A stretch of DNA of 64,000 nt from contig JAUFOR010000005.1 in NCBI GenBank assembly GCA_040285745.1, forward strand, positions 372,001 to 436,000. Direction: 5' to 3'. Under the pieces are notes generated by a model that saw only the letters and a program-made list of their open reading frames with translations, was not told where the DNA came from and did no database searches. The stretch comes from Barthelona sp. PCE. Taxonomy: Eukaryota. Position numbers and translations under genes: made by a program. Shown piece after piece: positions 1 to 11,800 of this stretch; position 1 is the first letter of the stretch, and each line of letters begins with the position of its first letter.

Positions 1-16
1 CTTCTTTATCTCCATC

Positions 17-733
17 ATGTCCACCAAATATAAAAACACTGTTTTCCAAAAAATCAACTTCTTCATGCATCTCTCAGCCTTTTTATTGCTTTCACTCTTC
101 ATTGTAGTCCATACCTGTGAAAATCTTGGTGCCCAAAACACCACCACAAATATAAATGGCGATTCTGAATGTATTTCTGTGCGCTCTGGGCTTAATAAGA
201 ATTCAATGTATGTGTTTAACTTCCAAGAGCCCAACACAACCCACTCAGTTATCGTTGAAATGACCCAATTTGTTCTTCACAAAAGGAAAAACGTTTATGT
301 TTTTGATGGTGATGAATGTGGCACCGACAGCGACTATTTGAAATGGGACTCTTCCAACCGCCTTTGTGGTGATGTTGGATCTTTTAATATCCTGATAACT
401 AACAATTTTTCAACACTAAAGTACTATACCTCAAACTACGCAACTTCCTCCTTTACAATGTCATTTGAAACAGTTGAAAACACGGCAGTAACTCAGTGTA
501 CAACTGGAAAAGGTGTGTGCTATAATGATGAGCGTGTGTATGAACACAGTGAGTTTAATGCATTCATTGCTGAAATTACTGTTCATTCTTGGGGATTCAT
601 TCTTGCCGTAATCGGTGTTACTTTCTTCTTTATTGCACTACTTGGTGTCATGGTTTGGTGGTATGCCGGTAAAAAGAAGACAAACAGAACTATTGTTCCA
701 AGTGATAGCAGATACAATAACAACAAAGTTTAA
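17..733 (+). CDS. Type I single-pass membrane protein with possible CUB-like ectodomain
   Basis: 238-aa ORF. Hydrophobic signal-like stretch after the second ATG (65), Cys-containing beta-rich ectodomain (VYVFDGD..LCG..F.MSF pattern is CUB-like), TM helix WGFILAVIGVTFFFIALLGVMVWWY followed by KKK. Confidence 0.55.
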   Translation: MSTKYKNTVFQKINFFMHLSAFLLLSLFIVVHTCENLGAQNTTTNINGDSECISVRSGLNKNSMYVFNFQEPNTTHSVIVEMTQFVLHKRKNVYVFDGDECGTDSDYLKWDSSNRLCGDVGSFNILITNNFSTLKYYTSNYATSSFTMSFETVENTAVTQCTTGKGVCYNDERVYEHSEFNAFIAEITVHSWGFILAVIGVTFFFIALLGVMVWWYAGKKKTNRTIVPSDSRYNNNKV

Positions 734-749
734 TCATATTTATTTTTAA

Positions 750-3700
750 TCATATAAAGGGCATCCAGCCTTCAAACATGTGGGATAAGTTCTCAGTTGA
801 AGATGCTTCTTGTATAAGTATCTCCACTCGATGCCCGACAACATCCATATCAGGAAGTGAAAGGTAATCGAAGAATAGCTTCTTTCTCAGATTTGATAGA
901 GCAATACGTGCTGCATGTACACCGCTTACAGATCGCCACATTGATGTTTTGATGTCAAGCACTTCGTTAAAGAGGAATAAGAACAATTGACGATGGTTCA
1001 AAAGCTTTGTAAAGAGATTACACATCAAATTACTGAACTCTGAGTGTTCATCAGCAGTGCAGTTCAGCGCATGGAAGATATTTTGCGTCAGCCTGAAGGG
1101 TACCTTTTCTGGAACTGGCAACAACATGCCTTGATCGAAAACAAGTTCCAGGTCAATGTGAACAACCTGACCTGACTTTGAAACTAGCACATTGTCAAGA
1201 TGGCGGTCTCCAAGGCCAAACATATGACCCACAATACAGTAGGCCGAGTAGCTGCGCATGAAAAGCTTGCGCATATTCATGAGTTCCTCCACTGATCCGC
1301 TTTCCTCGAGGAAGTAGTATCCCAGCGTTGGAGTGTGGTTGTCGAGAATAACGTTAAAGCGTTCGAGGTGCTGCTGTCCTAAATCCTCTATCGCAAACGA
1401 CTGTGACGAAGCGTTGCTCCTTCTGCTCTTCTTCATGCTCTTCACTTCAGTCACATACTTGTTCCTGATACTCTTGAAGCGAGTGCGGAGTTCATCCAAT
1501 CCTGGTTCATCAGGGAAATATCTGCTGTGCAACCCCAGCATGTTCGAGTGTGTGCGGGCGCATCGCTGCACAATACTTGTAGATTTATGCTCCTTCATGA
1601 GTCGTTTCTCCTTCTTTTCACGCGAATGCCTTGATTCCTTTGGTTCACTGCCTCCGATCAAATCACGTAAGGAGCGCAGTCCATCCACAAATTGAATCAC
1701 ACCGACTGCGAGCTGCAAACCAACACACTTGATAGCATACGGTTTGAGGTAGTTGGGGATGATCGCGTTGACATTATCCATAAAACGGGAAACAATACTT
1801 GATATTTGCAAGTCTGCACGTTTCACGATCTGAGAGACAACCGTCGACCTGCTGTTGTTGACCGTAACAGGCGTGCTTAGATCCATTGATATGAGAATCG
1901 GGCTTGTGATTCCACTTAACGCTGTCACACTCGTTGAGAATCGACGGATGGAGACATCCACCGTAATCGACCGTGAATCAGGAACATACTGCTGCAGAAA
2001 CGGGTGCTTGTTGCGCGTGCGTGCGAGAGAGTCGAGCACAGAGTTAACAAAACTCTTAGCAAAACCTTTTCCGCCGACCGATACAGGTAATGTAACCACG
2101 GGAAAGTCATACATTTGGACTGCCTCGTTGAAGCTGTGTATGAGCTCTCCGCACCTCTTCTTGATGGCTTCGCCTCTATGTTTGCGTTGATTTTTAAATT
2201 CATAGACAATGTTAACCAATGCCTCATAGAATCTGTTTAGCGCTTTCACAGACTTATAAGCGCTTTCTGTTGCCGTGGATGAGCGCATAAGCTGCTTGAT
2301 CGCCTTTAAAACCGTCTGGTAATCTGTCACAGCGCTATTTTTGTTCTGCTGCTGCTCGAACCCGCTCACAAGTAGCTTAAGGTTGATATTAAACAATGCC
2401 ATGTGTGGGAACGTCGCGCACACTCTCGACACTAGCATGAAAACAACACTGTTGAAGAATGGAGCAACCATATAAGATGAAAGGATATCGGTGAAAGAAA
2501 GGGCGAGATCATTGATGGTAACAGGCATCAAATTCACAAATAATTTCTCCACGATTGGCAGCAGGAACCCGGCATTAAGAATTACATAGTTCTGAAAGTT
2601 ATTAGATTCTTCTATAAAGATAGAATTGCGAAGATGCGTACGTAAAATGGTTGTATTAGTGCAGTCGTTCAACATGATCGGCTGACTTGCATATGCGCTT
2701 CGCAGAAAAAAGACATCAAAAAGACGGCACACGAGCAAACACACCTGTCTTTCATAAATAACGACGGGTTGAAAATCTGCAGTAAAATTACCGAAATCAA
2801 TAGGTGAGTTGACCCTGTTGTAGCACTCAAACCACAGAGAGGCTGCGTTGATCACACACGTCTCGATATCGCGCTTATCTGATGCAAAGATTGTTGCCAA
2901 GAAGAAATTCTCAACAGCACGATAAAGATGGGTGAGCATACTAAACAATTCAGTTTTCAACTGGTTGATCTCCATATCGATGCGGCGTACGTCCATAATG
3001 GCCTCACCAGAGGTCCTTTGAAGGCTAGATAGACTCTGGATCGTCTCCACCTTCGAGTCAGAATAACTGGTGACATACTGATGGTATTGGTTCTGATGAT
3101 ATTTTGCAACCTGTAAACAGCACGTGTAAGACGCTCCCTCCTTCTCTGGTGGGCTGTTACAGCGTTTGATCTCTGCAACAAAGTGGTCGTGTCGAGTTAG
3201 AGCGAGGTGACGTGTATCGTACTTCAGAATGGAGGTACCAATGAGTAACGGGTCCATCACTTCGCGCTCCTCTATATCGAAGAAGCGTAATGACGAATCC
3301 TTGCAGGCATACACTTCTATCACAAACTTAGCTGCATCAGTTGAACTAATTGACACCATTGCGTTAACGAACGACGTCAGGAACTGTTTACGAGCCGCAA
3401 TAGACGGCAGGTTAACTTGGAAAGTGTCGAATCGCTTCAAAAGCTTCAGCAAATTAACAAGCCTCTTACTTGAAGACGTCTTCCTCTCTGTGCCTTTCAT
3501 ATATCGTTCGTTCAGCTTGTCGAGGACTGTGCTTCCTGCGAAGAAGAATTCCTCAAATTGGCTACATGCCAGGTGCCGTGAATGATCAGGAATTGTTGAT
3601 AGAAGCGTGTTGTGCTTCAAATCATCGATGTTGGCAACATCCTCGGCGACGAAACGCAAAAGACGCTGAGACTTAACAACTTCACTGTTTATGCCCTGTG

Positions 3701-6700
3701 ATACCACACGATAATGCGGTTCCCAGTCACAAATAGCAATAGCCTCCTTTGTAATTGCGTCCAAATCCCTGGAGTAACTTCTCAACTCCTGCTCCACAAT
3801 GACACGATTACTCACCATCTTGCCTTTCTTCTCCGGTTTGAACACCTGTATAGAGTCGCTTGGTATGAATAGCTCGACGAATCCAAAGACATCGGGTGGA
3901 AAAAACCCGTCAGAGTACTGATCAACAACGACACGCAAGTCACTCAACAGTCGACTGTGCACGCTATGCATCCTTTCAAAATCTGGGGTTAGATAGTATT
4001 GCCGAAGACTGTGGAGTGCGATCTGGAGACATTTTGAGAAAACTCCTATGAACTGGTTAAAAATGGAGGGCATGTTTGTTTTTGCAATTCGGAAATCCAA
4101 AGCACTACACATGAACTCTACTGCAACGTTATGGAAGCCCTTTGCATATCCAAATACACACACGGTTACCTGAAGCGCACGATACAGTGCAGACTTCATT
4201 TTTAATGATGCGGCGTATTTTGCAATAAAGCGTGACAGTTCAACTACACCCTTAACATCTTCAGGAGACGCCATAGCGATTTCATCCTCTCCAAAATGCG
4301 CCTCTAGCTGCTTAAAGATGCTATCACTCTGAACGGAGTTAACAGCACTGACAAACTCAGGCGGAAGTGTATCCTGACACGGTCGCAAGATGATGTGGAC
4401 GATTGAAAACGCAAACAGACCCTTAAGAGCGAGCAATGGGCGGTCGTTACGGAACTGAGCATATGCCGTGTATAAAATGGCACTGTCCAAGTTAGGCATC
4501 AATGCAAGTTGGATTAGACTTGCGTACATGAGCTGATAGCTAACTAACTCCATTATATTACAGTTCGTACTAACTTTGATGGTTGTTGGAACGTCAAATG
4601 CAATAGATGGAAGCGAAACATCAAAAGTAATATGTTCTTCATAGGCTGATTGCAAATCTGCCGTTGGACGATATAATTGAAACGAGCTATCCCTGAAGGC
4701 ATCCAAGACTGCAGCTGACGAATCACTGTGTTGCTGCAACATCGGAACAGTGATACTGAGTACGATATCCCGTATGAAGACGAGTCCTTGGCTTGCACTA
4801 TATGTATCTGCTATTACTGTGTTACTCACAAAAAACCTGACAATCGACTCAATGGCTTCAATACCGGCAGACCTCGTGACGAGAGACAGTTCGTTCCCCG
4901 AAAAAAGAGAGCGGTAGAGAATGGAAACCAATGGACAAACTACAAATGGGTTCCAAACACATAGAGAAATGAATCGCTCAAACAGCTTAAATGCAGCGAT
5001 ACAGAGACCAATACGCTCAGCAGGTGAGCTGGAAACGGCAGCAATAAAGTTGACGGGATAGCAAAAGAAGGACGGAAGATTCTTCAACAAAGTTAGCATA
5101 GAATTTAGCTTTTGCTGTTCACTTCCATCTTCAACCTTAGAGGACCACTCAATGTAGCAGCTCTCAAACTGGTGGTAAAATATGATGTAAAACAGCTTCT
5201 GAACCACTGAACACAGCTCGACGTTAATCACACCAACAATACGACGTGCACACAACACGATAATCTCCTCACAAGCCAAAAATACAGCATTGTGGTGTGC
5301 TGTTATCTGTGCTGTGATTGATGCATCGGTAGCTGTGCGCCCAGGAGCATCACCAAGCTTACTTCTGATCAAATTCATTTTGGAGTTGATTGTGCTATCA
5401 CCGTGATGAAAAAGTTTTAATAATGAGCTGAGAACGGTGCATGTCTCTCCCTCTGCTGAGCACAGGGGATACAACCCGTGTTCCTTAAGGAAATGTAGGA
5501 GCTGCCTTGTATGATCGTGACCTGGTTGTGTTGGTTTGAGCGCGATGTTACCAATAATATGAAGTACTTGGAATGCAGCATACATAGAAACATCATCAAG
5601 TCGATCGAGAATTGCACTGGTCTCGTCGATAGAACCGTTGAAAAGGAGAAATCTAAAGAGATAAACCCTCATTCTTTTTGACTCGGACAAGCCGCAAATG
5701 TCATCCAAGAAATCAAGCTCACTTATCAACTCTATGGAGAAATTCTGAATTAGTCTGGTGTACCGTGTTAAATATTGACTGCGTTTATCACTAAATAACA
5801 AACTATTACCAAAATCAATATATTTGTAAAGCACCGACAAGATTAATCTAAATACAGTGCCGAATGCATAACTTCCGATCTCCTTCTCATGATAGACGAC
5901 ATTTATCTTAAACGCAGAAGCTGACCAATTCTCAATCGAATCTATAAATAAGAGAATGTTATTAACACGCTGCTTAAATATGTTCTTTGTTGACTGTACG
6001 TTGGTTTTAATCCCCATTGTCACAAGGTCGTGGAGAAAAAGTGTGTGAGTTCTGAAGTCATATACTCCAACGTTTATACTCAAAAAAAAACGCAAAAATG
6101 ACATTATACCTGTGATCTTACGGCATGAGATTTTGGTTATAACTGGTGCCATTAATAAATTATGAGAAAAATGGGTTCGGAAATCTACCTTAGACAGCGA
6201 TGAAAAAATTGGGCCACTCGGAACACCCTCCTTATAAAAAGGCGCTGCGATGTCTGCGATGCTACGTAGCACCGACGGAGGAAAGATGGTGCGATGTTGA
6301 AGGAAGAATAAAAAAATTGAATTTTCACAATCTTTTGGAATCTTCATAACGTCACTGTTAAGTTCAGGGAGACGCTTATACGTTTGCATGACCCTCGTTA
6401 AAACGTCTCCAGCTGCGCTGAGCAAGCATTCATGCAGAATTTTAATCATCTCTGTGACGCGAGCAACTGTTTCTGATACACACCGTTTGAACATGAATGC
6501 ATGAATAAGAACAGCAAAGATCTCAATTCCTGCGTTGTCAAAGTCTGTTTCATCGTAAAAGCGGAATACAGACGCTTCACATAATGTGAGGGGTAGATCT
6601 AATTTTTTAAAGACACCAATCACAATATCGACGGTACATAAGCTTATGAAAGGCGACACGCTGCTGATGCTGTCGAGGAACGTGTCAAAAGCCTGTGCAG

Positions 6701-8450
6701 TTGGCTCCAACAATAACAAAACTGCTTTCTTCAATAATGTGGAGACGAGCAGTTCTTTTTTCTCCTCTTCTTTCACGTCTTGCATGCTGAAATCCAGACG
6801 CAGGCTATACAGGATGTCGGCCCTGCAAAGCACAGACTTGAATTTATCAACTGCGAGAAAGAAATGGGCGTCTCTTATTGCGTGATGTACAACGCACTTG
6901 ACCAGATGGATGACTGTCTTTAAATACAAAGCAGACGACTGGATAAGATCCAATGCCCCTACAAAGAACTCTATGAGGTCAGGAGAAACAGGGAGGTTAA
7001 TAACAAAACTAACGCATGATTCCAATAACTGAATATCGAATATCATTAATGGATTAGATAACATTGCTGCTGCAGGCTGTAGAAACTGTCGGAACACGAG
7101 CACGTCGAGTTTAAAATGAGAAAGCGTACTTGATTTTTTGAAGAGCCTTGTCAGCGCCTGTTGAGTATAAGGTGTAACATTTGTGATCATCCTCCTGAAC
7201 AGATAGTCAGCCTCGATGATGTCCTGCCAGTCATTCTCTTGCGCTTGTGTTACCAGCATGAATAGAATAGCAAGACGGTCATCATTGACTAACTGATAAT
7301 CAAAAATTTGATTTCGCTGAGTTTTTGTCTGTGGTTCACCAGTTTTTGTGTGGTAATCTGAGAAGGACAGATGTCTGGCGAGCACAAAGTACGGAAATAG
7401 AAGGTCATTACTGTGACATAGAGGCACGTTTACCCAATTAGAAAGGTTCCAAACTTTGGCAGAACTTGGCAAAGGTGCATTGTTAATAGCATGTAATAAC
7501 TCCTTTGCGATGACACCGCTTGGTGAAAGCCCAGCACAGAACAAGAAGAAAGGAAAACGAGGCGCTGATCTAATGGATTGAGGAACACTAATCAATAAAA
7601 AGTTTGATACTGTTTGAGCAAAATCTTTAGAAATTGGAGTTAATGCCTCTAACACATATGCAGAGATAAAGGCCATGTCATTGCAGTTAGCTGTGGGTAG
7701 TAAAACGATGTTAATTAATTCTAAAAGCAAAGAAGTACTTAATTCACTGTTTGAATGAAAAAATTCATTATTGAAGAAATACTTATTAAAATCTATTTTG
7801 TTGTTATCAAAAAACTGTTTAAAATCTCTTCTTTTTAATAAAAAAGTGAAAAAACGTTGATAAATTGACTTATTATTCACTTTAAATAAACAAAAACAGC
7901 TTATATCAAAAGGAAAATCTCTGACAAGCCCCTTCAACACAGTTAAAAGACGACTGTGCTCAAGAATACCAAGACAAAAAGAGTAACGCATCATTAAAAC
8001 GCTAGCGACAATTGCATTATATCCGACCCCTAAAAGAATGGATGTGGATGATAAAAGAGTTTGGAAGATCTTGCTGAGGATGCGAATAAGCTCTGTGTTG
8101 TCAGAATCACAATTGATAAATCGAAACGCAAGATTAACAAAAAGTATCCGAAAACGATCAAATGAGAAACGTTTAGGGTTAGAAAACAGGGTAGCAGTGA
8201 ATATTGAGAGAAACTGCGACAGTATATGGTCAAAACGCTGATCTTCAGAATGAGAACTGAGAAAATCGTTAATAACTCCCCAAATACGTCGCCAATCGAT
8301 GGAAGAAACCCGGTTATCGATTTGTGTGAGCAGCTCTGGATCCTTAATGTGATCAAGGAGACGACGAAATGAGCTTTTCATCTTGCTAGCCCCTGATTGA
8401 CGTCCAAGACCGGTCAATACGGTGTTTAATGACTGTAGAGTGTATCCCAT
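750..8450 (-). CDS. ATM: PIKK-family Ser/Thr kinase, ATM/Tel1-like
   Basis: 2566 aa. C-terminal PI3K-like domain with GLGDRHLDN and HIDLELVFDQGMLLPVPEKVPFRLT (closer to ATM [25 protein letters not shown] than to ATR or TOR). FATC end LSHMFEGWMPFI. Long helical N-terminus. Confidence 0.8.
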   Translation of the reverse strand: MGYTLQSLNTVLTGLGRQSGASKMKSSFRRLLDHIKDPELLTQIDNRVSSIDWRRIWGVINDFLSSHSEDQRFDHILSQFLSIFTATLFSNPKRFSFDRFRILFVNLAFRFINCDSDNTELIRILSKIFQTLLSSTSILLGVGYNAIVASVLMMRYSFCLGILEHSRLLTVLKGLVRDFPFDISCFCLFKVNNKSIYQRFFTFLLKRRDFKQFFDNNKIDFNKYFFNNEFFHSNSELSTSLLLELINIVLLPTANCNDMAFISAYVLEALTPISKDFAQTVSNFLLISVPQSIRSAPRFPFFLFCAGLSPSGVIAKELLHAINNAPLPSSAKVWNLSNWVNVPLCHSNDLLFPYFVLARHLSFSDYHTKTGEPQTKTQRNQIFDYQLVNDDRLAILFMLVTQAQENDWQDIIEADYLFRRMITNVTPYTQQALTRLFKKSSTLSHFKLDVLVFRQFLQPAAAMLSNPLMIFDIQLLESCVSFVINLPVSPDLIEFFVGALDLIQSSALYLKTVIHLVKCVVHHAIRDAHFFLAVDKFKSVLCRADILYSLRLDFSMQDVKEEEKKELLVSTLLKKAVLLLLEPTAQAFDTFLDSISSVSPFISLCTVDIVIGVFKKLDLPLTLCEASVFRFYDETDFDNAGIEIFAVLIHAFMFKRCVSETVARVTEMIKILHECLLSAAGDVLTRVMQTYKRLPELNSDVMKIPKDCENSIFLFFLQHRTIFPPSVLRSIADIAAPFYKEGVPSGPIFSSLSKVDFRTHFSHNLLMAPVITKISCRKITGIMSFLRFFLSINVGVYDFRTHTLFLHDLVTMGIKTNVQSTKNIFKQRVNNILLFIDSIENWSASAFKINVVYHEKEIGSYAFGTVFRLILSVLYKYIDFGNSLLFSDKRSQYLTRYTRLIQNFSIELISELDFLDDICGLSESKRMRVYLFRFLLFNGSIDETSAILDRLDDVSMYAAFQVLHIIGNIALKPTQPGHDHTRQLLHFLKEHGLYPLCSAEGETCTVLSSLLKLFHHGDSTINSKMNLIRSKLGDAPGRTATDASITAQITAHHNAVFLACEEIIVLCARRIVGVINVELCSVVQKLFYIIFYHQFESCYIEWSSKVEDGSEQQKLNSMLTLLKNLPSFFCYPVNFIAAVSSSPAERIGLCIAAFKLFERFISLCVWNPFVVCPLVSILYRSLFSGNELSLVTRSAGIEAIESIVRFFVSNTVIADTYSASQGLVFIRDIVLSITVPMLQQHSDSSAAVLDAFRDSSFQLYRPTADLQSAYEEHITFDVSLPSIAFDVPTTIKVSTNCNIMELVSYQLMYASLIQLALMPNLDSAILYTAYAQFRNDRPLLALKGLFAFSIVHIILRPCQDTLPPEFVSAVNSVQSDSIFKQLEAHFGEDEIAMASPEDVKGVVELSRFIAKYAASLKMKSALYRALQVTVCVFGYAKGFHNVAVEFMCSALDFRIAKTNMPSIFNQFIGVFSKCLQIALHSLRQYYLTPDFERMHSVHSRLLSDLRVVVDQYSDGFFPPDVFGFVELFIPSDSIQVFKPEKKGKMVSNRVIVEQELRSYSRDLDAITKEAIAICDWEPHYRVVSQGINSEVVKSQRLLRFVAEDVANIDDLKHNTLLSTIPDHSRHLACSQFEEFFFAGSTVLDKLNERYMKGTERKTSSSKRLVNLLKLLKRFDTFQVNLPSIAARKQFLTSFVNAMVSISSTDAAKFVIEVYACKDSSLRFFDIEEREVMDPLLIGTSILKYDTRHLALTRHDHFVAEIKRCNSPPEKEGASYTCCLQVAKYHQNQYHQYVTSYSDSKVETIQSLSSLQRTSGEAIMDVRRIDMEINQLKTELFSMLTHLYRAVENFFLATIFASDKRDIETCVINAASLWFECYNRVNSPIDFGNFTADFQPVVIYERQVCLLVCRLFDVFFLRSAYASQPIMLNDCTNTTILRTHLRNSIFIEESNNFQNYVILNAGFLLPIVEKLFVNLMPVTINDLALSFTDILSSYMVAPFFNSVVFMLVSRVCATFPHMALFNINLKLLVSGFEQQQNKNSAVTDYQTVLKAIKQLMRSSTATESAYKSVKALNRFYEALVNIVYEFKNQRKHRGEAIKKRCGELIHSFNEAVQMYDFPVVTLPVSVGGKGFAKSFVNSVLDSLARTRNKHPFLQQYVPDSRSITVDVSIRRFSTSVTALSGITSPILISMDLSTPVTVNNSRSTVVSQIVKRADLQISSIVSRFMDNVNAIIPNYLKPYAIKCVGLQLAVGVIQFVDGLRSLRDLIGGSEPKESRHSREKKEKRLMKEHKSTSIVQRCARTHSNMLGLHSRYFPDEPGLDELRTRFKSIRNKYVTEVKSMKKSRRSNASSQSFAIEDLGQQHLERFNVILDNHTPTLGYYFLEESGSVEELMNMRKLFMRSYSAYCIVGHMFGLGDRHLDNVLVSKSGQVVHIDLELVFDQGMLLPVPEKVPFRLTQNIFHALNCTADEHSEFSNLMCNLFTKLLNHRQLFLFLFNEVLDIKTSMWRSVSGVHAARIALSNLRKKLFFDYLSLPDMDVVGHRVEILIQEASSTENLSHMFEGWMPFI

Positions 8451-8886
8451 TATACCATTATGAAAAGGATTAAGTATGAGAAAACAGCTTTCGATTTACA
8501 GTGCTTCATTTTCTGTCGTTCAATGCAGCTTAAAGGCATCCAGTTGTGAACTTAAACCCCGTACAAAAGACACAGCTACTTAAATCTCATGAAACAGCTG
8601 AGCTATTATGAAATCTCCTTACAATTATTATAGAGGAAGTGTAAAATCACTGTGTTCCCAAATCGGGGTACCAAACTCTCCTGCACAGTTAATCAACCGA
8701 TGATGTTACAAAGAAAAATGGACCAAAATTTTGCTTGAATACACATTTTTTCCCTCTATCATTATCTAAACTTGATTTTTTGTGCATATCTGGCCTATTT
8801 ACATGTTTTTTCCCAAAAACAGCACGCAAAAAGACAGTTTAACCACATTCTCGGTTACTGATCTTGTCTTACTTTTTAAGGACAAT

Positions 8887-11800
8887 ATGGATGTCTCAAA
8901 CATCATGAGTCCTTTCGTCTCTCGGCTTCTTGCTTCTCTCCGTCGCTTGGATGGTTTTCGAGCACTGATAGGTTTAGCGGAAGAGGAGAGTTGTCGACCA
9001 ACTTCCTCTTACGTGACACCTATTGTGACACCTTCGTCACCCCACTTCTCACGTTCGATGAGTTATGATGATGTATTCACGTATTCATCTAGCTTATCGT
9101 CTTCAAGAGAATTTTTTTTTGAATTCCTTTTTACATGGAAGCATAACATCCTTTCCAAGGATCAATTCCATGAGCATTGTTGTGTAGATGATACACATGC
9201 ACGGTTCGTCTTTCCAGCCAAGATTTTCTACTACGTTGACGATCACACCTTCCTGAGTAGGTTGTTTCTCGACGCGATGACTTACACGTTGATGTCTCAG
9301 TACGTTCCTGAGCTTAAATTGGTGAAATACGATCTTTTACACCAGTTTGATCTTCAGGCACTGACCTCATCGCTTGTCCGGCTCTTTTCTTACGTCTCCT
9401 GTGCGGACTTCAATACCCGCATGGCTGAATTTATTGAAAGTGGTGAAATCATGGATGACTCAACTTTTGAAAAAATTTTGCTCTTTCTAGCTCTTACTGG
9501 TATTGAGAATGAACGTTTTAATGACTATGTTTCGGTTATATCAACACGAGACAACGCCTTTCCAGTCAAAATCATGGCTTTTTTCGATGGTTGTCCGTGG
9601 GTTTCATTTTTGAATAGTGAAAATTATGAACACTACCGTATCTTAAATGCAACACCATTTTCGATTAACCGCTTTGACTACCCTGTATCCTTTGATAAAG
9701 ATAAGCTGTGGGTGGCTATCCAAACGAATTTTGGAGAAACAAAGCTCGAATACGTTACTTATGACACTTTTGCCAGACGAAACGAGTTTGAACCATCACC
9801 TGTCGATGGATACATCAACGCAGCACTGTTTAAGTTCTCCCAGAATGGAGATTTTGTTGTTTTAAAGCATTGTCGATATCAAGTTGTCGCCTCCATAAGG
9901 AGTCCCTTCTTAATCCATGAGCAACTCCCTTGTTTTGTTGACCAGCTCGCGCTGCGTGAGAACGACATGCCCACGTGTGTGCCTTACGTTGCATCTTATC
10001 CCGAGAAAATTGAACTCTCTCCAACTGTGGAGGTGTACATCAACATACCGGTGATTAAGTTCCCCAGATTCATCATGCCAGACGTCAGCCGCTACGCAAC
10101 GTGGACTGCCCTGTCTTCTGCGGTCAAGACTGAGCTACAAAGTAAGTCATGTTTGGTGTTGCCCGATCTCGACTTCTTTTGCACTCGATCTCGCGAAAAT
10201 GACAACATACCTGTCTTTATGGAGGGGGAGATCTCCCCACTGCTGAACAGCGTGCTAAACGCAACGCCTGGCACTTTCTGCAGTTCCGTTTTGCTCCACA
10301 TCGACGACGTTTCACTTTTGAAGGTTGTTATCAATTCTGGTATCATCCCGGTTGCACGGTTCGTTACCACTGGGTTCCTGGACTTTGTTGAATGCGATCA
10401 AACATCAGCAGCCTCGTTCATCAACTGGCTTCATTCACTTTCTGATATCGTTGGTCCCCAGAACATCGTTGCTGATTTTACCAGCACGTTTGGTGACCAT
10501 GTGTTCCATTCACTTGCAATTGAGCTTGCAATGTGTGCTCCTGGAATTGTTCCCTTAATATCAGAAGACAATGCGGTACAAACAAGGGCCATAGCCAACG
10601 ATATCATCAAGTGCACTCCAGGGTCGGGGTGGGCTGTCGAGTTCAAGCATCTGTGCGGTCAGGCGACAAAGGTTATTGGCTTCCTCAGACAGAGTTATGG
10701 TAACTTCAAGCTTTTTGTTTTCAACGCTTCACCACATGCTAGCATTATCTACCCGGTATTCCAGGACGCTATCAAGAACGTCATGATCTCTGATAACTAT
10801 GAGCCGTACCCTTTCGAGTTTTACGTCTCTTTCAACGGTCAATGGTATGAACTGTGTGAGTTCTTCAGCACTTTTGTTTTCATGGAGCTTACCCAATTCG
10901 AGTCGACATGCTACACCCTCAAGGTCATTCACAAGAATGATGTTTCACCCAAGCAGCTGAAGGCAATCTACGAGGATGCCTTTGATCGATTAGTTGAGTT
11001 TCTCGACCATGGTCACCCCATAGACACCAATATGTTGTGTGCCAAATTCCTCACATGCGTTCACAGGAAGAACGGGATCGAGTATCTCAATCAAGGCCAA
11101 GTTGTTGCTTTTTTCCGCAGCATTGAGACACATCTCTCTAAAGCTGATGACTTTGTCAACATCCTCCACCGGATGCTTGCCTCTATCACGCTCCAGCCTG
11201 CTGTTTTGAACACGCTTATGCATTTGGGTGAAAAGACACAGGGTACACTACTCTCTGCAGTTCTTGAAGTTGAGAAGCATAGTAAGGGGCCTATAATCGT
11301 GGTTTTGCCTTCACTTCATGGTCATGATCTGGTTCTAAAGTTATGCAAGGCAATTTCTGAGTACGGAATTTCAATTATTGTCTTTGCACCCCATCACAAT
11401 TCAGCCCCTGTACAACATGTGCAGAACGTCACGACGTTTATTGGTGATGATCGTGTGACATTTGGGCTTCACCGTGGTTCATTTCAGGGTTTTCCTTTGT
11501 TTTGCATTCATTCTTTTGATTATTCTAGCTCTTTTTCTCTTCAAAACAGCGTGTTCTATTGCAAGGCTGTTCTCGAGGCGCTGTTGAAGCTGAATATCGA
11601 TCCTTTGGTCATCTTTTCTGTCAACGCATTCACTGCAATTACGGGCACAATTCTCAAGCAGCATTTTTCTTGCTGTATGAACACCAGCGTCATTTATCTG
11701 TTCTCTGACCACCTCTTTGGTATGTGTAGTGCGTCTGAAACGCTTTTGAACAGCTTCGGGCTCGATTTAAACCATTTGTTATGTGGTTGCAACAATGTTA

